From Eledone cirrhosa (lineage: Eukaryota), in NCBI GenBank assembly GCA_964016885.1, contig OZ024741.1, positions 258,602,001-258,666,000 on the forward strand: 64,000 nucleotides of DNA, given 5' to 3'. The notes below the pieces were generated by a model. The model searched no databases. It worked only from the letters and a program-made list of their open reading frames with translations, and had not been told where the DNA came from. Shown here piece by piece: positions 24,501 through 30,919 of this stretch. The stretch's first letter is position 1; the number at the start of each line of letters is the position of its first letter. Position numbers and translations under genes: made by a program.

Positions 24501-27500
24501 TGTTGTTGTAGTTGTTGCTGTTTTCTCTTTCAGTGCCAGTGTTGTTGTAGTTGTTGCTGTTTTCTCTGTCAGTGCCAGTGTTGTTGTAGTTGTTGCTGTT
24601 TTCTGTGTCAGTGCTAGTGTTGTTGTTGCTGTTTTCTCTGTCAGTGCCAGTGTTGTTGTAGTTGTTGCTGTTTTCTGTGTCAGTGCCAGTGTTGTTGTAG
24701 TTGTTGCTGTTTTCTCTGTCAGTGCCAGTGTTGTTGTAGTTGTTGCTGTTTTCTGTGTCAGTGCCAGTGTTGTTGTTGTTGCTGTTTTCTCTGTCAGTGC
24801 CAGTGTTGTTGTAGTTGTTGCTGTTTTCTCTGTCAGTGCCAGTTTTGTTGTAGTTGTTGCTGTTTTCTGTGTCAGTGCCAGTGTTGTTGTAGTTGTTGCT
24901 GTTTTCTCTGTCAGTGCCAGTGTTGTTGTTGCTGTTTTCTCTGTCAGTGCCAGTGTTGTAGTTGTTGATGTTTTCTCTGTCAGTGCCAGTGTTGTTGTTG
25001 TTGCTGTTTTCTCTGTCAGTGTTGTTGTTGTTGCTATTTTCACTGTCAGTGCCAGTGTTGTTGTTGTTGCTGTTTTCTGTGTCAGTGCCAGTGTTGTTGT
25101 TGTTGCTGTTTTCTGTGTCAGTGCCAGTGTTGTTGTTGTTACTGTTGCTGATTTCTGTGTCAGTGCCAGTCTTGTTGTTGTTACTGTTGCTGTTTTCTGT
25201 GCCAGAGCCAGTGTTATTGTTGCTGTTGTTGCTGTTTTCTGTGTCAGTGCCACTGTTGTTGTTGCTGTTGTTGCTGTTTTCTGTGTCAGTGCCAGTGTTG
25301 TTGTTGCTGTTGTTGCTGTTTTCTGTGTCAGTGCCAGTGTTGTTGTTGCTGTTGTTGCTGTTTTCCGTGCCAGTGTTGTTGTAGTTGTTGCTGTTTTCTG
25401 TGTCAGTGCCAGTGTTCTTGCTGTTGCTGTTTTCTGTGTCAGTGCCAGTGTTGTTGTTGTTACTGTTGCTGTTTTCTGTGTCAGTTCCAGTGTTGTTGTT
25501 GTTGTTGCTGTTGCTGTTTTCTGTGCCAGTGCCAGTGTTATTGTTGCTGTTGTTGCTGTTTTCTCTGTCAGTGTCAGTGTTGTTGTAGTTGTTGCTGTTT
25601 TCTCTGTCAGTGCCAGTGTTGTTGTAGTTGTTGCTGTTTTCTCTGTCAGTGACAGTGTTGTTGTTGCTGCTTTCTCTGTCAGTGTCAGTGTTGTAGTTGT
25701 TGCTGTTTTCTCTGTCAGTGCCAGTGTTGTTGTTGTTGTTGCTGTTTTCTGTGTCAGTGCCAGTGTTGTTGTTGTTGCTGTTTTCTGTGTCAGTGCCAGT
25801 GTTGTTGTTGTTGCTGTTTTCTCTGTCAGTGCCAGTGTTGTTGCTGTTGTTATTTTCACTGTCAGTGCCAGTGTTGTTGTTGCTGTTTTCTGTGTCAGTG
25901 CCAGTCTTGTTGTTGTTGCTGTTTTCTGTGTCAGTGCCAGTGTTGTTGTTGTTACTGTTGCTGTTTTCTGTGTCAGTTCCAGTGTTTCTGTTGCTGTTTT
26001 CTGTGCCAGTGCCAGTGTTATTGTTGCTGTTGTTGCTGTTTTCTCTGTCAGTGCCAGTGTTGTTGTTGTTGCTGTTTTCTGTGTCAGTGCCAGTGTTGTT
26101 GTAGTTGTTGCTGTTTTCTGTGTCAGTGCCAGTGTTGTTGTAGTTGTTGCTGTTTTCTGTGTCAGTGCCAGTGTTGTTGTAGTTGTTGCTGTTTTCTCTG
26201 TCAGTGCCAGTGTTGTTGTAGTTGTTGCTGTTTTCTCTGTCAGTGCCAGTGTTGTTGTAGTTGTTGCTGTTTTCTCTGTCAGTGCCAGTGTTGTTGTAGT
26301 TGTTGCTGTTTTCTGTGTCAGTGCCAGTGTTGTTGCTGTTGCTGTTTTCTCTGTCAGTGCCAGTGTCGTTGTAGTTGTTGCTGTTTTCTCTGTCAGTGCC
26401 AGTGTTGTAGTTGTTGCTGTTTTCTGTGTCAGTGCCAGTGTTGTTGTTGTTGCTGTTTTCTCTGTCAGTGCCAGTGTTGTTGTTGTTGTTGCTGTTTTCT
26501 GTGTCAGTGCCGGTGTTGTTGTTGTTGCTGTTTTCTCTGTCAGTGCCAGTGTTGTTGTTGTTGCTGTTTTCTCTGTCAGTGCCAGTGTTTTTGTTGTTGC
26601 TGTTTTCTGTGTCAGTGCCAGTGTGTTTGTTGTTGCTGTTTTATGTGTCAGTGCCAGTGTTGTTGTAGTTGTTGCTGTTTTCTGTGTCAGTGCCAGTATT
26701 GTTGTAGTTGTTGCTTTTTTCAGTGTCAGTGCCAGTGTTGTTGTAGTTGTTGCTGTTTTCTCTGTCAGTGCCAGTTTTGTTGTAGTTGTTGCTGTTTTCT
26801 GTGTCAGTGCCAGTGTTGTTGTAGTTGTTGCTGTTTTCTTTGTCAGTGCCAGTGTTGTTGTTGTTGCTGTTTTCTCTGTCAGTGCCAGTGTTGTAGTTGT
26901 TGCTGTTTTCTCTGTCAGTGCCAGTGTTGTTGTTGTTGTTGCTGTTTTCTCTGTCAGTGCCAGTGTTGTTGTTGTTGCTATTTTCACTGTCAGTGCCAGT
27001 GTTGTTGTTGTTGCTATTTTCACTGTCAGTGCCAGTGTTGTTGTTGTTACTGTTGCTGTTCTCTGTGTCAGTGCCAGAATTGTTGTTGTTACTGTTGCTG
27101 TTTTCTGTGCCAGTGTTATTGTTGCTGTTGTTGCTGTTTTGTCTGTCAGTGCCAGTGTTGTAGTTGTTGCTGTTTTCTCTGTCAGTGCCAGTGTTGTTGT
27201 AGTTGTTGCTGTTTTCTGTGTCAGTGCCAGTGTTGTTGTTGTTGCTGTTTTCTGTGTCAGTGCCAGTGTTGTTGTAGTTATTGCTGTTTTCTCTGTCAGT
27301 GCCAGTGTTGTTGTAGTTGTTGCTGTTTTCTGTGTCAGTGCCAGTGTTGTTGTAGTTGTTGCTGTTTTCTCTGTCAGTGCCAGTGTTGTTGTAGTTGTTG
27401 CTGTTTTCTCTGTCAGTGCCAGTGTTGTTGTAGTTGTTGCTGTTTTCTGTGTCAGTGCCAGTGTTGTTGTTGTTGCTGTTTTCTCTGTCAGTGCCAGTGT

Positions 27501-29309
27501 TGTTGTAGTTGTTGCTGTTTTCTCTGTCAGTGCCAGTTTTGTTGTAGTTGTTGCTGTTTTCTGTGTCAGTGCCAGTGTTGTTGTAGTTGTTGCTGTTTTC
27601 TCTGTCAGTGCCAGTGTTGTTGTTGTTGTTGCTGTTTTCTCTGTCAGTGTTGTTGTTGTTGCTATTTTCACTGTCAGTGCCAGTGTTGTTGTTGTTGCTG
27701 TTTTCTGTGTCAGTGCCAGTGTTGTTGTTGTTGTTGCTGTTTTCTGTGTCAGTGCCAGTGTTGTTGTTGTTACTCCTGCTGTTTTCTGTGTCAGTGCCAG
27801 TGTTGTTGTTGCTGTTGTTGCTGTTTTCTGTGTCAGTGCCAGTGTTGTTGTTGCTGTTTTCCGTGCCAGTGTTGTTGTAGTTGTTGCTGTTTTCTGTGTC
27901 AGTGCCAGTGTTCTTGCTGTTGCTGTTTTCTGTGTCAGTGCCAGTGTTGTTGTTACTGTTGCTGTTTTCTGTGTCAGTTCCAGGGTTGTTGTTGTTGTTG
28001 CTGTTGCTGTTTTCTGTGCCAGTGCCAGTGTTATTGTTGCTGTTGTTGCTGTTTTCTCTGTCAGTGCCAGTGTTGTTGTAGTTGTTGCTGTTTTCTCTGT
28101 CAGTGCCAGTGTTGTTGTAGTTGTTGCTGTTTTCTCTGTCAGTGCCAGTGTTGTTGTAGTTGTTGCTGTTTTCTCTGTCAGTGCCAGTGTTGTTGTTGTT
28201 AGTGTTGCTGTTTTCTGTGTCAGTTCCAGTGTTGTTGTTGCTGTTTTCTGTGCCAGTGCCAGTGTTATTGTTGCTGTTTTCTGTGTCAGTGCCACGGTTG
28301 TTGTTGCTGTTGTTGCTGTTTTCTGTGTCAGTGCCAGTGTTGTTGATGCTGTTGTTGCTGTTTTCTGTGTCAGTGCCAGTGTTGTTGTTGCTGTTGTTGC
28401 TGTTTTCCGTGCCAGTGTTGTTGTAGTTGTTGCTGTTTTCTGTGTCAGTGCCAGTGTTGTTGTAGTTGTTGCTGTTTTCTGTGTCAGTGCCAGTGTTGTT
28501 GTAGTTGTTGCTGTTTTCTGTGTCAGTGCCAGTGTTGTTGTAGTTGTTGCTGTTTTCTGTGTCAGTGCCAGTGTTGTTGTAGTTGTTGCTGTTTTCTCTG
28601 TCAGTGCCAGTGTTGTTGTAGTTGTTGCTGTTTTCTCTGTCAGTGCCAGTGTTGTTGTAGTTGTTGCTGTTTTCTGTGTCAGTGCCAGTGTTGTTGCTGT
28701 TGCTGTTTTCTCTGTCAGTGCCAGTGTTGTTGTAGTTGTTGCTGTTTTCTCTGTCAGTGCCAGTGTTGTTGTTGTTGCTGTTTTCTCTGTCAGTGCCAGT
28801 GTTGTTGTTGTTGCTGTTTTCTCTGTCAGTGCCAGTGTTGTTGTAGTTGTTGCCGTTTTCTGTGTCAGTGCCAGTGTTGTTGCTGTTGTTGCTGTTTTCT
28901 GTGTCAGTGCCAGTGTTGTTGTTGCTGTTTTCTCTGTCAGTGCCAGTGTTTTTGTTGTTGCTGTTTTCTGTGTCAGTGCCAGTGTTGTTCTAGTTGATGT
29001 TTTCTGTGCCAGTGCCAGTGTTGTTGTAGTTGTTGCTGTTTTCTCTGTCAGTGCCAGTGTTGTTGTAGTTGTTGCTGTTTTCTGTGTCAGTGCCAGTGTT
29101 GTTGTTGTTGCTGTTTTCTCTGTCAGTGCCAGTGTTGTTGTAGTTATTGCTGTTTTCTGTGTCAGTGCCACTGTTGTTGTTGCTGTTTTCTGTGTCAGTG
29201 CCAGTGTTGTTGTTGTTGATGTTTTCTCTGTCAGTGCCAGTGTTGTTGTTGCTGTTTTCTCTGTCAGTGCCAGTGTTGTTGTTGTTGCTGTTTTATGTGT
29301 CAGTGCCAT
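15585..29309 (-). CDS. Longest Thr-rich repeat ORF, (LALT[E/Q]KTATTTTT)n, 4574 aa; mucin-like composition, coding status doubtful
   Basis: This frame is open for about 13.7 kb from an ATG created by a unit variant (GCCATTG on +). It is bounded by a TAG at 29334 and a -1 frameshift at ~15618. It has no signal peptide or non-repeat domain, and the frame is open simply because the unit lacks stops. Confidence 0.15.
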   Translation of the reverse strand: MALTHKTATTTTLALTEKTATTTLALTEKTSTTTTLALTQKTATTTVALTQKTAITTTTLALTEKTATTTTLALTQKTATTTTTLALTEKTATTTTTLALAQKTSTRTTLALTQKTATTKTLALTEKTATTTLALTQKTATTATTLALTQKTATTTTTLALTEKTATTTTLALTEKTATTTTLALTEKTATTTTTLALTEKTATATTLALTQKTATTTTTLALTEKTATTTTTLALTEKTATTTTTLALTQKTATTTTTLALTQKTATTTTTLALTQKTATTTTTLALTQKTATTTTTLARKTATTATTTLALTQKTATTASTTLALTQKTATTATTTVALTQKTATITLALAQKTATTTLELTQKTATLTTTTLALTEKTATTTTTLALTEKTATTTTTLALTEKTATTTTTLALTEKTATTATITLALAQKTATATTTTTLELTQKTATVTTTLALTQKTATARTLALTQKTATTTTTLARKTATTTLALTQKTATTATTTLALTQKTAGVTTTTLALTQKTATTTTTLALTQKTATTTTLALTVKIATTTTLTEKTATTTTTLALTEKTATTTTTLALTQKTATTTTKLALTEKTATTTTTLALTEKTATTTTLALTQKTATTTTTLALTEKTATTTTTLALTEKTATTTTTLALTQKTATTTTTLALTEKTAITTTTLALTQKTATTTTLALTQKTATTTTTLALTEKTATTTTLALTDKTATTATITLAQKTATVTTTILALTQRTATVTTTTLALTVKIATTTTLALTVKIATTTTLALTEKTATTTTTLALTEKTATTTTLALTEKTATTTTLALTKKTATTTTTLALTQKTATTTTKLALTEKTATTTTTLALTLKKATTTTILALTQKTATTTTTLALTHKTATTNTLALTQKTATTKTLALTEKTATTTTLALTEKTATTTTPALTQKTATTTTTLALTEKTATTTTLALTQKTATTTTLALTEKTATTTTTLALTEKTATATTLALTQKTATTTTTLALTEKTATTTTTLALTEKTATTTTTLALTEKTATTTTTLALTQKTATTTTTLALTQKTATTTTTLALTQKTATTTTLALTEKTATTATITLALAQKTATETLELTQKTATVTTTTLALTQKTATTTRLALTQKTATTTLALTVKITTATTLALTEKTATTTTLALTQKTATTTTLALTQKTATTTTTLALTEKTATTTTLTLTEKAATTTLSLTEKTATTTTTLALTEKTATTTTTLTLTEKTATTATITLALAQKTATATTTTTLELTQKTATVTTTTLALTQKTATARTLALTQKTATTTTTLARKTATTATTTLALTQKTATTATTTLALTQKTATTATTTVALTQKTATTATITLALAQKTATVTTTRLALTQKSATVTTTTLALTQKTATTTTLALTQKTATTTTLALTVKIATTTTLTEKTATTTTLALTEKTSTTTTLALTEKTATTTLALTEKTATTTTTLALTQKTATTTTKLALTEKTATTTTTLALTEKTATTTTLALTQKTATTTTTLALTEKTATTTTTLALTQKTATTTTTLALTEKTATTTLALTQKTATTTTTLALTEKTATTTTTLALKEKTATTTTTLALTQKTATTTTTLALTEKTATTTTTLALTQKTATTTTTLALTQKTATTTTTLALTQKTATTTTLALTQKTATTTLALTQKTATTTTLALTEKTATTTTPALTQKTATTTTTLALTEKTATTTTTLALTEKTATTTTLALTQKTATTTTLALTQKTATTTTLALTEKTATTTTTLALTQKTATTTTSLALTEKTATATTLALTQKTATTTTLALTQKTATTTTTLALTEKTATTTTLALTDKTTTTATITLAQKTATVTTTNLALTQKTATVTTTTLALTVKIATTTTLALTVKIATTTTLALTEKTATTTTTLALTEKTATTTTLALTEKTATTTTLKLTKKTATTTTTLALTQKTATTTTKLALTEKTATTTTTLALTLKKATTTTTLALTQNTATTTTTLALTQKTATTNTLALTQKTATTKTLALTEKTATTTTLALTEKTATTTTTLALTEKTATTTTLALTQKTATTTTLALTEKTATTTTTLALTEKTATATTLALTQKTATTATTTLALTEKTATTTLALAQKTATTTTTLALTEKTATTTTTLALTQKTATTTTTLALTEKTATTTLALTQKTATTTTTLALTQKTATTTTTLALTQKTATTTTLALTEKTATTATITLALAQKTATETLELTQKTATVTTTTLALTQKTATTTRLALTQKTATTTLALTVKITTATTLALTEKTATTTTLALTQKTATTTTLALTQKTATTTTTLALTEKTATTTTLTLTEKAATTTTLSLTEKTATTTTTLALTEKTATTTTTLTLTEKTATTATITLALAQKTATATTTTTLELTQKTATVTTTTLALTQKTATARTLALTQKTATTTTTLARKTATTATTTLALTQKTATTATTTVALTQKTATTATTTVALTQKTATTATITLALAQKTATVTTTRLALTQKSATVTTTTLALTQKTATTTTLALTVKIATTTTLTEKTATTTTLALTEKTSTTTTLALTEKTATTTLALTEKTATTTTTLALTQKTATTTTKLALTEKTATTTTTLALTEKTATTTTLALTQKTATTTTTLALTEKTATTTTTLALTQKTATTTTTLALTEKTATTTLALTQKTATTTTTLALTEKTATTTTTLALKEKTATTTTTLALTQKTATTTTTLALTEKTATTTTTLALTQKTATTTTTLALTQKTATTTTTLALTQKTATTTTLALTQKTATTTLALTQKTATTTTLALTEKTATTTTPALTQKTATTTTTLALTEKTATTTTKLALTEKTATTTTTLALTLKKATTTTTLALTQNTATTTTTLALTQKTATTNTLALTQKTATTKTLALTEKTATTTTLALTEKTATTTTTLALTEKTATTTTLALTQKTATTTTLALTEKTATTTTTLALTEKTATATTLALTQKTATTATTTLTLTEKTATTTLALAQKTATTTTTLALTEKTATTTTTLALTQKTATTTTTLALTEKTATTTLALTQKTATTTTTLALTQKTATTTTTLALTQKTATTTTLALTEKTATTATITLALAQKTATETLELTQKTATVTTTTLALTQKTATTTRLALTQKTATTTLALTVKITTATTLALTEKTATTTTLALTQKTATTTTLALTQKTATTTTTLALTEKTATTTTLTLTEKAATTTTLSLTEKTATTTTTLALTEKTATTTTTLTLTEKTATTATITLALAQKTATATTTTTLELTQKTATVTTTTLALTQKTATARTLALTQKTATTTTTLARKTATTATTTLALTQKTATTATTTLALTQKTATTATTTVALTQKTATTATITLALAQKTATVTTTRLALTQKSATVTTTTLALTQKTATTTTLALTVKIATTTTLTEKTATTTTLALTEKTSTTTTLALTEKTATTTLALTEKTATTTTTLALTQKTATTTTKLALTEKTATTTTTLALTEKTATTTTLALTQKTATTTTTLALTEKTATTTTTLALTQKTATTTTTLALTEKTATTTLALTQKTATTTTTLALTEKTATTTTTLALKEKTATTTTTLALTQKTATTTTTLALTEKTSTTTTTLALTQKTATTTTTLALTQKTATTTTTLALTQKTATTTTLALTQKTATTTLALTQKTATTTTLALTEKTATTTTPALTQKTATTTTTLALTEKTATTTTTLALTEKTATTTTLALTQKTATTTTLALTQKTATTTTLALTEKTATTTTTLALTQKTATTTTSLALTEKTATATTLALTQKTATTTTLALTQKTATTTTTLALTEKTATITLAQKTATVTTTNLALTQKTATVTTTTLALTVKIATTTTLALTVKIATTTTLALTEKTATTTTTLALTEKTATTTTLALTEKTATTTTLKLTKKTATTTTTLALTQKTATTTTKLALTEKTATTTTTLALTLKKATTTTTLALTQNTATTTTTLALTQKTATTKTLALTQKTATTKTLALTEKTATTTTLALTEKTATTTTTLALTEKTATTTTLALTQKTATTTTLALTEKTATTTTTLALTEKTATATTLALTQKTATTATTTLALTEKTATTTLALAQKTATTTTTLALTEKTATTTTTLALTQKTATTTTTLALTEKTATTTLALTQKTATTTTTLALTEKTATTTTTLALTEKTATTTTTLALTQKTATTTTTLALTQKTATTTTTLALTQKTATTTTLALTEKTATTTIQALTQKTATTTTTLARKTATTATTTLALTQKTATTATTTLALTQKTATTATTTVALTQKTATTATITLALAQKTATATLELTQKTATVTTTTLALTQKTATTTTLSLTQKTATTTLALAVKIATATTLALTEKTATTTTLALTQKTATTTTLALTQKTATTTTTLALTEKTATTTTLTLTEKAATTTTLSLTEKTATTTTTLALTQKTATTTTTLALTEKTATTTTTLALTEKTATTATITLALAQKTATATTTLELTQKTATVTTTTLALTQKTATARTLALTQKTATTTTTLARKTATTTLALTQKQQQQQQQHWH
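18130..23430. repeat. Near-perfect 2649-bp tandem duplication, with a third related copy about 6.0 kb downstream (~24.1-26.1 kb)
   Basis: GCCGTTTTC lies at 18169, 20818 and 24181, and GCTGATTTC at ~19099, ~21748 and ~25147. ORF-track pairs 18950/21599, 19337/21986 and 19652/22301 all differ by 2649. Confidence 0.9.
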
Positions 29310-30919
29310 TGTTAATGCTGTTGTTGCTGTTTTCTATGTCAGTGTCAGTGTTGTTGTTGCTGTTGTTGCTGTTTTCTGTGTCAGTGTTGTTGCTGTTTCT
29401 GTTTTCTCTGTCAGTGCCAGTGTTGTTGTAGTTGTTGCTGTTTTCTCTGTCAGTGCCAGTGTTGTTGTAGTTGTTGCTGTTTTCTGTGTCAGTGCCGGTG
29501 TTGTTGTTGTTGCTGTTTTCTCTGTCAGTGCCAGTGGTGTTGTTGTTGCTGTTTTCTCTGTCAGTGCCAGTGTTGTTGTTGTTGCTGTTTTCTGTGTCAG
29601 TGCCAGTGTTGTTGTTGTTGCTGTTTTCTGTGTCAGTGCCAGTGTTGTTGTTGCTGTTTTCCGTGACAGTGTTGTTGTAGTTGTTGCTGTTTTCTGTGTC
29701 AGTGCCAGTGTTCTTGCTGTTGCTGCTTTCTGTGCCAGTGCCAGTGTTATTGTTGCTGTTGTTGCAGTTTTCTCTGTCAGTGCCAGTGTTGTTGTAGTTG
29801 TTGCTGTTTTCTCTGTCAGTGCCAGTGTTGTTGTAGTTTTTGCTGTTTTCTGTGTCAGTGCCAGAGTTGTTGTAGTTGTTGCTGTTTTCTCTGTCAGTGC
29901 CAGTGTTGTTGTTGTTGCTGCTTTCTCTGTCAGTGCCAGTGTTGTAGTTGTTGCTGTTTTCTCTGTCAGTGCCAGTGTTGTTGTAGTTGTTGCTGTTTTC
30001 TGTGTCAGTGTCAGTGTTGTTGTTGTTGCTGTTTTCTCTGTCAGTGCCAGTGTTGTTGTTGTTGCTGTTTTCTCTGTCAGTGCCAGTGTTGTTGCTGTTG
30101 CTATTTTCACTGTCAGTGCCAGTGTTGTTGTTGCTGTTTTCTGTGTCAGTGCCAGTGTTGTTGTTGTTGCTGTTTTCTGTGTCAGTGCCAGTGTTGTTGT
30201 TGTTACTGTTGCTGTTTTCTGTGCCAGTGCCAGTGTTATTGTTGCTGTTGTTGCTGTTTTCTGTGTCAGTGCCACGGTTGTTGTTGCTGTTGTTGCTGTT
30301 TTCTGTGTCAGTGCCAGTGTTGTTGTTGCTGTTGTTGCTGTTTTCTGTGTCAGTGCCAGTGTTGTTGTTGCTGTTGTTGCTGTTTTCCGTGCCAGTGTTG
30401 TTGTAGTTGTTGCTGTTTTCTGTGTCAGTGCCGGTGTTGTTGTTGTTGCTGTTTTCTCTGTCAGTGCCAGTGTTGTTGTTGTTGCTGTTTTCTGTGTCAG
30501 TGCCAGTGTTGTTGTAGTTGTTGCTGTTTTCTCTGTCAGTGCCAGTGTTGTTGTAGTTGTTGCTGTTTTCTGTGTCAGTGCCAGTGTTGTTGTAGTTGTT
30601 GCTGTTTTCTCTGTCAGTGCCATTGTTGTTGTAGTTGTTGCTGTTTTCTCTGTCAGTGCCAGTATTGTTGTAGTTGTTGCTGTTTTCTGTGTCAGTGCCA
30701 GTGTTGTTGTTGCTGTTTTCTCTGTCAGTGCCAGTGTTGTTGTAGTTGTTGCTGTTTTCTGTGTCAGTGCCAGTGTTGTTGTAGTTGTTGCTGTTTTCTC
30801 TGTCAGTGCCAGTGTTGTTGTAGTTGTTGCTGTTTTCTGTGTCAGTGCCAGTGTTGTTGCTGTTGCTGTTTTCTCTGTCAGTGCCAGTGTTGTTGTAGTT
30901 GTTGCTGTTTTCTCTGTCA

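Larger units (their letters stand above)
1400..26050. repeat. Recurrent 1.2-1.4 kb higher-order cassette, 8 copies in the left part of the array
   Basis: The marker GCCAGAGCC lies at ~1777, 5457, 7211, 9359, 15500, 19153, 21802 and 25201. Each is followed by the same ordered series: GCCACTG, TTCCGTGCC, GTTCTTGCT, AGTTCCAG, AGTGACAG, GCTGCTTTC, GCTATTTTCACT or GTTATTTTCACT. Confidence 0.85.
5492..26640 (-). other. Stop-free Asn-rich frame (GTD[T/R]ENSNNYNNT)n, absent from the ORF track and interrupted only by one 1-bp deletion at ~15618
   Basis: This is the codon-aligned antisense of the + strand VSASVVVVVAVF frame. By eye there is no in-frame TTA/CTA/TCA on + between the TAA at 26641-26643 and the TAA at 5492-5494. 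No start codon was seen. Confidence 0.2.

Noticed and set aside
26643-28202. Cys-rich ORFs (CQCQCCCSCCCFL)n resembling metallothionein or keratin-associated proteins
   Set aside because: This is the third + strand frame of the same repeat (TGT from the GTT tract). It has no unique domain and no independent support.
15585-29309. Antifreeze or ice-binding protein (12-13 aa Thr-rich periodicity)
   Set aside because: It lacks the Thr-Ala-Ala tripeptide of fish AFGPs and the TCT/Cys ladder of beetle AFPs. Unit length is irregular, so the resemblance is compositional only.
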